A program made the translations under genes and the position numbers. A model generated the notes under the pieces. It did not search any database. It was given only the letters and a program-made list of their open reading frames with translations, and was not told the origin of the DNA. 64,000 bases of DNA, taken from Vicugna vicugna (taxonomy: Eukaryota). Shown piece after piece: positions 39,271 to 51,212 of the stretch (the stretch's first letter is position 1; the number at the start of each line of letters is the position of its first letter). The DNA lies in contig MU058654.1 of assembly GCA_013265495.1 (NCBI GenBank), positions 186,001 through 250,000 on the forward strand. Reading direction: 5' to 3'.

Positions 39271-39826
39271 AAATTTTGTCCATGACCTTGAGTGAGTGAT
39301 GTAACCTTTATGAACCCAGTTCATAGAACAGTGCCTGGTTGATAGTAATTGCTCAATGATCCTTATTAAGCAGATGAAGAAAACTTAACCAGAAAACTTT
39401 ATCAGATTTTTAAAAGGATGAAAATGTAAATTCATATGAAGAGCTTAGAAAAATCCCTGGAGTATAATCAGTGGAATATAATCACTGGAATACAATAAAT
39501 GATAACTTTTGACATTATTGTTGTTTTGTTATTATTTATTTTTTAACCTATAACCCTTAACCAATAGCAAAAGAATACTTAATAGTGAGTGAATTAGCGT
39601 GGTTTGTACATTGGTGTGATTTTTTTTTCTATTAATGCTAAATTTCATGATTAATTTTATAAGAAATTACTCATCTTGGCACAAGCACGTATTTGGTTGG
39701 AAACGGTTACCTGGTTACCAGCTGTCAGATCTTAGAGACCTTACTCTCCAAAGGGGTAGTTCTATCCCTATCAGTGAGAACTGACAGGGAATTTTAAAAT
39801 AAACGGTCAAACTCAAATATCTCACT

Positions 39827-39854
<28 letters not shown>
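39827..39854. repeat. (CA)n microsatellite
   Basis: About 14 uninterrupted CA units. Confidence 0.95.
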
Positions 39855-39858
<4 letters not shown>

Positions 39859-40179
39859 TCCTAGATATTATACGTTTCCTGATGGAAATATATGGTACTA
39901 CCTATGAAATATTTTTTTTTTGCTAAATAATTGAACCTGAATCTGATCACCTCTGATCCAGCAACCTACAAATAGGACATACAGACATGAAAGAACAAAG
40001 GTAAAATAAACAAAAGTCAAAATGTGGAAAACTTTATGGAAGGAAAAAAAATACCAGGTTCATCAAAAGTAAATTGCAAGGGAAAAATGCATGGAAAGAA
40101 ATCTACAGACCCTATAATCTATAAATCTATAAACAGACTGTATAAATCTATGAATTTGTAAATCCATAGACTGTATAAT

Positions 40180-40482
40180 TCCCCATTTTCTCCTCCCCAC
40201 AGCCAGTAGAAACCACCATTCTTTCTGCTTCTCTGTGTTTGGCTATGTTCTCTACCTCGTGTCGGTAGAATCATGCAGTATTGGTCCTTCTATGACTGGC
40301 TTATTTCACTTTGCCTAATGTCCTCAAGGTTTATCCATCCTGTTAGATACTTTATGCAAGATGAGTAAGTTCTAGTGATCTGCTGCACTACATAAGGTCT
40401 ATAGTTAATAATATTGTATTGTACACCTAAAATTTGTTAAGAGTGTAGATCTCAAGTTAAGCAGTCTTACCCAGTAAATAAA
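40180..40482 (+). mobile_element. 5'-inverted L1MA/MB-type 3' UTR insertion within an older L1MC-like remnant
   Basis: 40180-40344 is antisense 3' UTR (TGACTGGCTTATTTCACTT...TCAAGGTTTATCCAT); about 40350-40482 is the sense 3' terminus (TGCAAGATGAGTAAGTTCTAG...GTAGATCTCAAGTTAAG). Confidence 0.75.
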
Positions 40483-41699
40483 GGAGAGAGATTCTAGAGC
40501 TGTCTATCTTCTGGAACAATACTATTTGAACAAACCCACTTAAAAATTTGTGATACAATCAAGGAGCTATGAAATAGCACTGACAGATATTTAACAACAG
40601 TAAGAAATTATTATTGATTTCCTTAGATTTTATAATAGTTCTGTAACTTTTTTAAAGAATTCTTTTTTTTAAATGTATACTAAAATATTTAATGATAAAT
40701 TGAGTCAGTTGTTTCACTGAGGTGATGATCGGGCTTGTTTCTAATTCTGACATATTTTCCCCAAATCTTCAAGCTTGTTGGCAGTTTCGCTGTAGTTGAA
40801 GTCCCTGAAATAGACAACCAATGTGGTAAGGAGAAGAGCTGTTCATTTAATTGACCAGTTGTAAGCATCCTCCTAAATCTAGCAAAGCAGCAGAATTGTG
40901 TAGAGAACTGAACCATTCTCTAGTTGCTAAAATGGTAACTGTGCTCCTTTCAGGAACTCCAAAAATATTGTTAAATAAATGATGACTTTCAACTGATAAC
41001 CATAAGTTCAGTCAGGATCTGTTGAATTATATTTCCTGAGAAATGATCAATGATGAGCTTTAGAATGACCTAGTAGTTTCCAGCTAACTCATTCCTGAAT
41101 CTTAGATTTCCTTGCTTCTTTGATGCCATTGGTTTGCAGTCCTCCCTGGTAAAACCAGGGTCAAATCCATCACTGTATACCTCCGTTCAGGTACATGATA
41201 ATGTAAGCTACTGAAGGATGCTGAAGCCACATCTAAACACCAACAACTTCGATCTTGACTAAGACCTTGACTTCTAGGAATCTCAGAATTAGATATTTTC
41301 CTTAGTCACAGTAACCACATCAGCAACCTTCATATCTGGCAAATCTTGTTTCCGTTTAATTTCCATGATTGTAAGCTTTCTTCCTCTGTTTGAATTACAT
41401 GATCATATGTGTACCCTATCCTCTAAACTACCTCTAAATTCTAATGGGAACAGACAGCATAAATGATACATAAACCATAGTACTCCAGCTTCACCCTTGC
41501 CTGGTATTGCAACCTGAAAGGAGTCATTGATCTTTGAGTCTCAGCTTGTCATTTTTAAAAAGAGGGATGTGGACTCCAGCTTGTTGAATACCATGATATT
41601 TGTATGAGGCCCCTCTCCCCTTCTCACTCATGACAGACATTGCTAGTCAATCACCTCATTCTCCCAGCTGATTCCAAATGCAATCTAACAACCTGCAAC

Positions 41700-41965
41700 T
41701 TAGCACTACAGGCAGCCACGTCCTATTTTGAGATGAATCTTACAACTTGCGTTGAAGGAGAAACACCATCTGGAGCTGGACACCATGGCAGAGAAGAAAG
41801 GACTGAAGAATCACTCACTGGCTTTTAAATCTTCTGCCCAGAAGTGGTGTGTCCTGCTTCGGCTCACAGTTCATTGGCCATAGTATGTTACAAGATGACC
41901 TCTAATGTCTCACTCTGTGGCCGGCAGGAGAGAAGACAGGAAATATAAGATAGGACACTATAGTT
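41700..41965. mobile_element. MLT1-type LTR remnant
   Basis: CACTGGCTTTTAAATCTTCTGCCCAGAAGTGG...GCTCACAGTTCATTGGCCA. Confidence 0.65.
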
Positions 41966-41969
41966 ATAC

Positions 41970-42175
41970 AGGGCTTTACAGTCTAGAGACAACATTTACA
42001 CATATTCTTTCTTCTGTTTTCCTAATTCCATCAAGTAAGGAAACACTATGATCATTCCCATTTTACAGAAGTGGAAACTTGCCACTTGGACATCTAGCTC
42101 ATTATCACAGATTAAAAAGTGGTGGGCTTGGGACCCAAACTCAGTCTAACTTCCCTCAAGCTGAAGTTCCTGTTT
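41970..42175 (-). mobile_element. MIR SINE
   Basis: GCTTTACAGTCTA...ATTCCCATTTTACAGAAGTGGAAACT core. Confidence 0.7.
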
Positions 42176-42451
42176 CTATTATCTTCAAATTCACTCCAGT
42201 ATTTTGAAAGAGAATAAGACAGAATTGAAGTGAATTTAATATATCACAATATGATAACAGTAGAGGAATTTGGTTAATAACATTTCTCTACCCCTAGTTA
42301 GGCAGAGGTATTTTGAACTCATCATTTTTCATAATGATTATATACTTGGCAGGAAAGAATAGAAGGAAAGACACAGATGACATAGAACAAACTAAAGAAA
42401 GCTACAAAAATAGTATGAATAAATAACAGAACTGTGTGGTTGAAAGACAAT

Positions 42452-42545
42452 TGTATTAGTCAGGAAAAACTATAGGTTATTCTTTACTAACAAACAGCCC
42501 CAGAAGAATGCCTTATCACAGCAAAGGTTGATTTCTCACTCACAG
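42452..42545. mobile_element. MLT1 LTR terminal fragment
   Basis: TGTATTAGTCAGGA...TAACAAACAGCCCC...CAAAGGTTGATTTCTCACTCACA. Confidence 0.6.
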
Positions 42546-45500
42546 CCAATTGCACATTCAAGAGACTTAAGTCTAAGCCTTGGTCTATCAATAACCAGTG
42601 TACGGAAAGCCATTTGTTCATAAAACACTCGTAGACACAAGGTTTGTTCCAAGGATAAAATTATATTAGGTCTTCAAGTGTTTTGCAAGAGAAAGGGAAC
42701 TGAAAAAAGCATGAAGTCTACTTTTCAACGCCTATGGTAAAGGCTGAGAAGCCTGGAGCAATGACTATGGCCACAAATCAAAGAAGGACAGTGTAGGATT
42801 ACCGGTCCAGCCTTTTCTTTAATCTTTCACAATGAGTGTGTTTACTGAGCATTTGTTGTATGCAAGACAAAATAGGGCACTGAAGAAGCATAAGGCATAG
42901 TTCCTGCTCTCAATGAGATGGCAAGTCTTTCACAAAAAGGCGTCAAGTATAAAGTCTAGCAAGTTCTTATCCCCAGTATTTTATTTGAGAGTTTCCCTTA
43001 TTTTCTTTGTTCAGCTGAAGGACAGAACAGACCAGGACTCAAATATTAAAGCTACACCCTCAAAACCTTTACTGTGGTGTGAGTATGGCTTACCCTCGGG
43101 TCGATTTTGAAATGTGCTGTGGAACTTGGGTATTTAAAAAAATACACCAGGTCAAAGGAAAAAGTCTATCTTTTCATGAACATAGCAGTTTGCTACTTTG
43201 GAGTTTACAAGTCTCAGTGAAGGGGCAAGAGTTTGAGGGTGAGGAGAGAATTACTCTACTCACCATTTCAAAGAAACCGAAAGGCTGGGTTATAATATAA
43301 AGTTCATTCAATAAGTTCACTCATTTAACAAAGATCTTTCCCAATACTTCTGGTATACCAGACTCTGTGCCAAGAGCTGGATCAATGATGTTTCACTCTT
43401 AATTACGTCTGCTCTCTGGGAGGTCCATTGCTGTAGGCAACCCTACATGCGCAAAGTGCCGGCTCTCACACACTGTGCTTTGAAAGATGTTCTTGCTTTA
43501 CTCCAGGTACCTTCAGTATAACTGCGTTGTGCTCAGTTATACTGAAGAAACCAAGGAAGCATAGGAGATTCTGTGGGTCTCAAAACACCAGCAAGACTCT
43601 TAACTTTTGGATTCCCTTTGTCCTGTAAGTCTCAACACATGGGATCATCTTCACTAGCTTCACATAAAGGAATTTTGAGCTCCCAACCACACGTAGATTT
43701 AATAAAGAAGATGGCACCCCTTTTAGAACCCCATTAGGTTAGCAATATTAACGGAGATTCTGTATAGCAGCTCCAGTAATAAGATGAGTGTGTTGAAGTA
43801 ACCAGTCCTCCACTGGCACGCACACAAAACCCCCATAGCAACAGAGATGACAGCTTGGTAACAGCAGCTGTGGCTTAATTGAAAACATTAGAAAAATATT
43901 ACATTATATCTGGATTCCTTGTTTTTATGTTTATTTTCATCACAAGTGAGAAAATAACCCAGGAAAAATACAAAAGAAACATGAAACAAAGGTGCCGGAC
44001 TAACGATGGTAATGGATGAACTGTTGCTCGAAACGTGATTTCCTTGGAATTCATTCCACTTTTCATATGAATGAGCAGTCTTTTTTTTTTGTTCCTAGGG
44101 CCAGAAATCCCTCCCGTGACGTTGAATTTAATTCCTAGTCAACCCTTGGAATTTGGTTAACTTGGAGGAGAAATGGCATATGCGTGGGTCTTTGTGTACG
44201 TCTGTGTTTGCAGGACGGGGAAGGGGTGTTTATGTGTAAAGTGCCTCTACATATACAGAGATAGATTTGAGACCCATCATCACACTAATGCAAAGCTAGG
44301 AGCTCATGTTTCGAATGACAACACAAGCTCAGCCTTAGAAGACTGACCTATTCACACCCAAACCAACACCAGTGTATGGGGCATAAATAGAAGGGGTATA
44401 GTTAAAAAGAAAAGTACGCATGTGGTTTTATGCAAACAAAATACATTAAATCATGAACAAGTAAGGAGGCATTCATATCTTAAAATATGAAGCAGAAAGG
44501 ATCCAGGAGTTCATCTGGTATCCCCATGCATTCAGACAAGACACGTAAAACTTTCCGCTGATGACTCAGAAAGACAAAGGCAGAAGACGAGGCTGATTCT
44601 TGGGCAATGATTATTTTTTTTCTAAAATCATGCCAGGAGTAATAGTCCTAATGAATTTCACGGGCTCTAAACATTACGTGGCATGTAGTCAGGATCGACT
44701 TGGACATTGGAAATCAGGTGGTCACATTTGTAAATGAGATTCCCAAATGCAGGCAATGCATTGAAAATTCTTGCTGCAAAATAAATATCAAATGCTCTGT
44801 TTGATAATAGTGACCTCATGAAAAAAACATGTTGCAACCTCTTAAGTCCGGAGGCTCTACCCTACAATTACAGCTGCTATTTTTTGCAGTAGAATTCAGG
44901 TTCTTTTCAAGATTCACTATACCCTATAGAAGAAAAAAAACTGTTATTCCTTAAGCTCCTTGAGGTCAAGAACTATGTCTGGTTTATTCTTATGTCCACT
45001 CTGAGACATAATGAAAAGGATTTCACGCATTTTATTCTACAAATCATTCTATTTTATTCATTTTTATCATTTATCTTTATCATTTATCAATTTATTCATT
45101 TTATTCTACAAATAAACATGGACATGAATTGGAAATGAAGCTGACACAATTTTGAAAGATGAAATGAAATGGCAGCTAAGACATTTTCTAAGTAATCAAG
45201 AATCCGAAAGCATGCTTTAATTGATTAATTTATTCCTTTATTCAATTAATATTAAATAAGTACCTATTGTGGGTCAAAGTACTCAACTTACACCACAATT
45301 TGTATCCTTCCTGTATCAGTGGCTTTAGTTGCTCAACTTCCTTTTCAATAAACAAATTCGTTATCATGTCAAAGATTTTAGGTAAACCTGATTAATGCTG
45401 GCAAACAACATCAGAAAGGAAAGATGATTCTGTTATATACTTGAGGTTTGTTTCATTTTTTTTTTCCTGTCCACAAGTAACATTGCCTTTACTCCTTGAG

Positions 45501-46337
45501 TCTGTGAAGAGTGGAGACAAAAAGGCCTTTTTCAGTGCTTGCTACCTAGCAACCCAAGCAAAATTTTCATGGGGCCTCAAACTTTTAATTCACCTTATAA
45601 CTATCAGTCCCAGTGATAAGGTCAAAATACTTGAGGAGCAATAACTTGCTAGAGAGATTATAGCCTTTTCTTCAATCATTAATGTCATCATAATATATAT
45701 ATTTTTAATTACTTTGTCATATTTTTCATGAGGTGCTTTCTGAACAAGAAAGCAACTTGCTTTAAATTGAAAGCGACATTTTTCCTCATCTGGATTTTCA
45801 AATTGAAGCAAAATGCTCAAGTTTTAAAAAGTGGGTTGAATAACTTCCAAGAAAACTGAACAAGACAATTACAAAATGACTAATTAAAATCTAATGAAGG
45901 CAGTTGATAAGCATGTATCATTAGGCTGATGCTAACTCAAGGATATATTCAAAAAGTGTCTAATACGTGCCTCGTTGTTAGTGGAAATTCATCATTGAGT
46001 TGACATATGCCCTTTCTTTGATTCAAAGATAATTATTAAATAGCAAATCTCAGTATTAAATTGAAAGACATAAAGACACACGGAAAAGGAAATCTTTAAT
46101 GAGTTGATTATTGATTTACTGGAGGAGTTTGTTCCACCTTCATCCAATGTGTATTACAGTGCTTCCAAGGCAAACAAATCAATGGAGATTAAAAATTGTC
46201 AGCATCCCAACTTCTATTGGAAATTAAGTCAGTAGCATTCAAAACTCAACTGAATCCTTGGAAAATGATTTATGAAATACATAAATACAAGTTTTATTAA
46301 AGGATTAATGGAAGAAAGTTGTAAGTGTAACTTCTTA

Positions 46338-46490
46338 TAGACTTACAGTCTTAGAGTTGGAAGGATCTCAGAAGCTGTCACCTCTTTCTCAGTGCAGAAA
46401 TCTCTCCTCTGCTATTCCTGATAGAATCATATGATTTTTGATCACACATGTCTAGGAACAAGGAATAACTATCGATAGACCAGCTATAGC
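46338..46490 (-). mobile_element. L3/CR1 3' remnant
   Basis: TTAGAGTTGGAAGGATCTCAGAAG...GTGCAGAAATCTCTCCTCTGCTATTCCTGATAGA. Confidence 0.5.
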
Positions 46491-46609
46491 ACACCTTAAA
46501 AAGACTGTGTTCATGCCTTGCGAACTCAGAGGTTTATCAAGACAATGTATTCTAAAGCTATCGAAGCCTCAAAAACAAAATTCTGGAGGGATAAAAATTA
46601 CACCGGCTT

Positions 46610-47049
46610 AATCTGAAAAGGCTACATACTAAATGATTGCAACTGTATGACATTATAGAAAAGGTAAAACTGTGGAGACAGTAAAAAGATCGGGGTTGCT
46701 AGGGATTGGGGGGGTCAAGGGAGGGGGGAAGGATGGAGCACAAAGAATTTTTAGGGCAGTGAAAATACTCTGCATGAACTGTAAGGATGGATACATGTCC
46801 TTGTATATTTGTCCAAACTCATAGAATGTGCAACACCAAGAGGGAACCCTACAGTAAACGATGAACTTTGGGTGGTTGTGATGTGTCAGTGCAGGGTCAT
46901 CAGCTGTAACAAATGCACCACTGTAGTGGGGGAGGATGAGAGAAGGGGAGGCTATGCATGTGCAGGGGCAGGGAAATACGGGAAGTCTCTGTACTTTCTG
47001 CTCAATGCTGCTGTGAAACTAAAACTGATCTTAAAAAAAAATAGTCTTA
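46610..47049 (+). mobile_element. L1MC-type 3' UTR, 5'-truncated insertion
   Basis: AATCTGAAAAGGCTACATAC...TGTAACAAATGCACCACT...; 17-bp TSD AAAAATTACACCGGCTT (46593-46609) / AAAAATTATACAGGCTT (47050-47066). Confidence 0.9.
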
Positions 47050-49936
47050 AAAAATTATACAGGCTTTAGAAAGCCTCACATTTGATTAAAATAAAATAAT
47101 ATGTAGACATAAGGTTTAGAATTGCTAGAGCTCTAGATTTTTGTCCTGTGCTGACTTGGCACAAAAAGTATGGCCTGAAAGAACATTAAGAAATGAGCTA
47201 TGTTTGAGAAGAATGAAAACACAGGTGTGATGATCAGGAGGGCTGGGGCAGGTGTCCCCTCCACTGCCAGCCAGCCATATGCATGTTGTTTTTCCCCTCT
47301 TTGGAAGTAAGTTTCTTAGAATCTCTGAAGTAGAGTTTGAACACCTGCAAAGTGGAAATTGTAACACTTACTTTCCATGCAAAGTGCTTATGAAGAGTAT
47401 GTGGGATAAAACTCGTGACATTGCTTAGGATGTTCAATGACTGATAAGGTGATTGAAACTCCAAAACCCCTCAATTGAATGTAACCAGATAGTTAGGAAT
47501 CCCATTTTTGTGATCTAGTATAGATAGAATTAACAGAAAAGAAATTGTCTGTTAGTATGGAAATTTTAATTGAATATGATAAAATATCTCTACAGACAGT
47601 GAGCTATGTGAAAATTAATTAATATTTATGAAATTTCTTTTCCAGTGATGTTCATGATTTTTATCTGTGGAAGATGATTAAGTTATATTTCTGAGATCAA
47701 ATGAAAGACTTCTTAAGTTTCTATCAATGGCTCACTCTAAATCCATAATTGTCTAGTATGTGTCAAAAATATAATTAAAATAGATCATAGCTCATAAAAT
47801 AAATATCTAATCATATATAATAAAATTTATAAAGTTCAAAAATTTTTAAAGTTCATATTGTAAGATATAAGCTTATTTTAATTACATGCTAATCACACTA
47901 TATAAATAATTATTATATAGCAAATGGAAATATTCTAGTGGAAATCAAGCCAACACAGCATATTCCTCATATTATTGTGTTATATTATAATATAGTTCAA
48001 TTAGGAGAGTACATACACAGTGTAGTATAATATTACATTGCATTATTTTGCATTCATCACATTGGTTTTTGGCACAAGTTTACATTGAAAATTAAAACTG
48101 TGAGACCCTACAGATGACACATTGAGCAGAACTGTATTTTTGTTTTTATAACTTTTGATAACTGAGCAAAACTGTATTTTATAACTCTCAAATCACCGAG
48201 AGACAATTTATTCGTTAAGCATCAGACTTAAAATGATTTTTAGTTGATAACAGATTGAAACACTGCAAAATTTTGCAGCAAAATAAGATTGTTAAAGGTT
48301 TTACATGCTTAATTATATTCTTTATGGGTATTAAAAAAGCTACCTAGATTATACCGAAAATTAGAATTTCTTTTAATTCTACTGATTAAAATTCCTCCTA
48401 TCCAAATATATATAAAATAACCCTACATTAAGATATTAAACTTCTTTCAGATAAATTATGCATGGGAAATATGATCAGATATATTAGGAACTGAGAACGT
48501 TTGATTATCCTGTAATCTTCACAGATTCCTTTTTAATAAAGGGTAATTCCATTTAATGTAGTGATCCATTTCCAGTTGGAGATTTGAGTCTGATATCTCA
48601 GTGCTTATAGTAATCCCAGCATTTATGTGCAATCATATTGATTCGTTTGTGTGGTGGCAGGGTTGACGGTTACAGGGGGCTCCTATAACAATCCTAAAAA
48701 GCCAGGCGATGGAGATAATAAATAGTGTTACTAACCTTGTCATTAAAACACAGTTTCCATTTCTGTTGGAAGTTAGAGACAAAAGGGCATTTAAGAAGAC
48801 AAGACCTATTCCTGTAAGCATATTGACATTCTGAGATCCCTCCCAGAGATTTTAGATGATTGTGTGTTAAGAGGAAGTTAAATTCATTTAAAAAGCTTTG
48901 ACAAACTTTTGATGGTAATTCACTATAGTTTTGGCAAGTTAAACAAAAGTTTTTTTGGAGATAGCATTGTAACCCCTCTGACAAATTTGCTGTCTTTGGC
49001 AATTTAGAACTGTGACTCTGGCTTTTTCCAAAGAAGGTGGGGAAGAAGGCGAGAAAGGGAGAAGACGCCGATGGGATGGGATGCGGGGTGGTGCAGAGGG
49101 GAGGGATGGGAACCAGAAGGAGGAAACTTCTCTTCGCTAATCACAAATCACCGGCAATGAAATTTCTCAGGCTAGCAGCCTGCCAGGTGCATTTCAAAGA
49201 GAAGTAATGGGGGGAGTAAGTGTCATTCAAGGCAGATATTTATGAAAGATGACAGTTTGCAAATATCTCAATCTTGGACAAGGCTGCGCTAGTGACATGG
49301 AGGAGTGCAGCAAAATTGAATGAGTCAGCAGCCAACATTTATTTCATCAGGACTTGTCCAATCTCCACTGATGGTTTTGATAGTCTGGGGAGAGCAGGCA
49401 ACAGTGGGGCTCATTCTGCTGGTTTCTCTCACTCAGTTCGCATGAAGCAGTCCAAAATAGTCTCATAAATATGCAAAAAAAAGGATTAAAAAGAATTGAG
49501 AAAAGCTTTGTTTGCAGAGCGAGCACACGACTGGATTTTAGCTATGCCAAAGAGGAAGCACAGCAATTACAGAAATATCGATCGCTGCTCCTGCTGGTTG
49601 ACAGTTAGATCAGAATGAGTCTTTCTAGTGCAGAGACCTTCATCCTGGTACAAACATCCTGCTGGTCCAGAGGACTGAAGGAGTGATCCCATTAGATGCC
49701 CTTCCCCATGACAGCTGCCCCGAGATCCCTGATATACTGAGCGTAGTGAACGTTGTTAGAAATAGAAGTCTATATTTCTTCCCCAGGGGATGGAACACTA
49801 GAAATTGGCCTGAACAAATGCTAAAATAAATACCAATGGGGAATTTTCTATAGTATTTCTATCAAGCTGGCAGACAGCACGGATGTCAGAAACAGGCTGT
49901 TGGGGCAAGCAGACAGGTTTTGATGTTACACTGTAT

Positions 49937-50225
49937 CAGAGGTCACCACCTGGCCACACTCAGTCAGCAGATGTGTTTGGTTTGATATTCAAAATACTTT
50001 TAGTGCACATATTTTAAATGCCAACGTTATAACTCAGGAGATTTTATGTAAATTTTTAAGTTTTGTCGTCCCCGGGGGAAAAAAAAAATCAGATCGGACA
50101 ACATTAGGTGCAAAATACTTCCCACTACAATCTGGAAGAACAGAAAATCAGCTGCTGCCTTTAGAAGATGCCTCTAGTTTTCCCCCAAATCAATGCTGAG
50201 AATCAGTTGCCTTTTCCATCACATT
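49937..50225. mobile_element. MER102-like hAT-Charlie remnant
   Basis: CAGATGTGTTTGGTTTG...CAGGAGATTTTATGTAAA...AAATCAGATCGGACAACATTAGG...CAGCTGCTGCCTTTAG. Confidence 0.55.
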
Positions 50226-50703
50226 GGCACTTTATGTCATTTGCACTCCGTTTTTCTGTTTGTTTGTTTCTTTGTTTTTTCCCACTCATCTATATCACCT
50301 GTCTGACTTCTTTAAGCATTTCAGTTTTGACCTCAGGGGAGAAAAAAAAAAGTGCTATTTCCATCATTTGGGCCAGTTGAAATTGCTCAGTTTCCTGATC
50401 TTTAAAATAAAATTAATGCTGATTGATTGATACGGTTGTTGGTGAGGAGTAGAGATATTAAAAAGAAAAGCTTAGGACAAATTTGAGCACATAACAGACA
50501 TTGGGTAAATGCAAGCTTCATTCACTCCTGCCCTCCATTTCTCAGTCCTCTTAGGAGAAAAAAAATAGCATCTTATTTTGAGGGGTAAGTGTAGATAAGC
50601 TGATTTTTTTTTTTTACATAGGTGTGATAATATGAAAGCCGTCCGTATAGTCTAGTGAGTGTCAGATCATCATGGCTTTTCTCCACAAAGGCTTATGCTG
50701 CGG

Positions 50704-50821
50704 CAGTGGTGCTCAGACTTGGGTGTGCATCCGAATTACCCAGAAGCCTCTTTGCAACGCAGAAATGCCCCCAGGATTTCTGATTAACTGGATCCAAGGT
50801 GAAGCCCCAGAACGTGCATTT
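50704..50821. mobile_element. MER5A-like MITE, cut off by L1
   Basis: CAGTGGTGCTCAGACTT...GCATCCGAATTACCCAG...TTTCTGATT...GAACGTGCATTTCT. Confidence 0.65.
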
Positions 50822-51212
50822 CTTTTTTTCTTTTCTTCTTCTTCTTCTTTTTTTATTGCAGTATAGTCAGTTCACAATGTTGTGTCAATTTCTGGTGTAC
50901 AGCACAATTCTTCAGTCATACATGAGCATGCATATATTCATTTTCATATCTTTTTTCACTGTAAGCTACTACAAGGTATTAAATATATTTCCCTGGGCTA
51001 TACAGTATAAACTTGTTTATCTATGTTGTATATACCAGTCAGTATCTGCAAATCTCGAACTCCCAGTTTATCCCTTCCCACCCCCCACCCCCTGGCAACT
51101 TGTGTCTGTATTCTATGTCTGTGAGTCTGTTTCTGTTTTATATATAAATTCATTTGTCTTTTTTTTTTTTAGATTCCACATATGAGTGATATCATAAGGT
51201 ATTTTTCTTTCT
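50822..51212 (-). mobile_element. Lineage-specific L1 3' UTR, 5'-truncated
   Basis: T/(TTC)n tail, then TTATTGCAGTATAGTCAGTTCACAATGTTGTGTCAA...AGATTCCACATATGAGTGATATCATA; homologous to the 27417 and 54095 copies. Confidence 0.9.
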
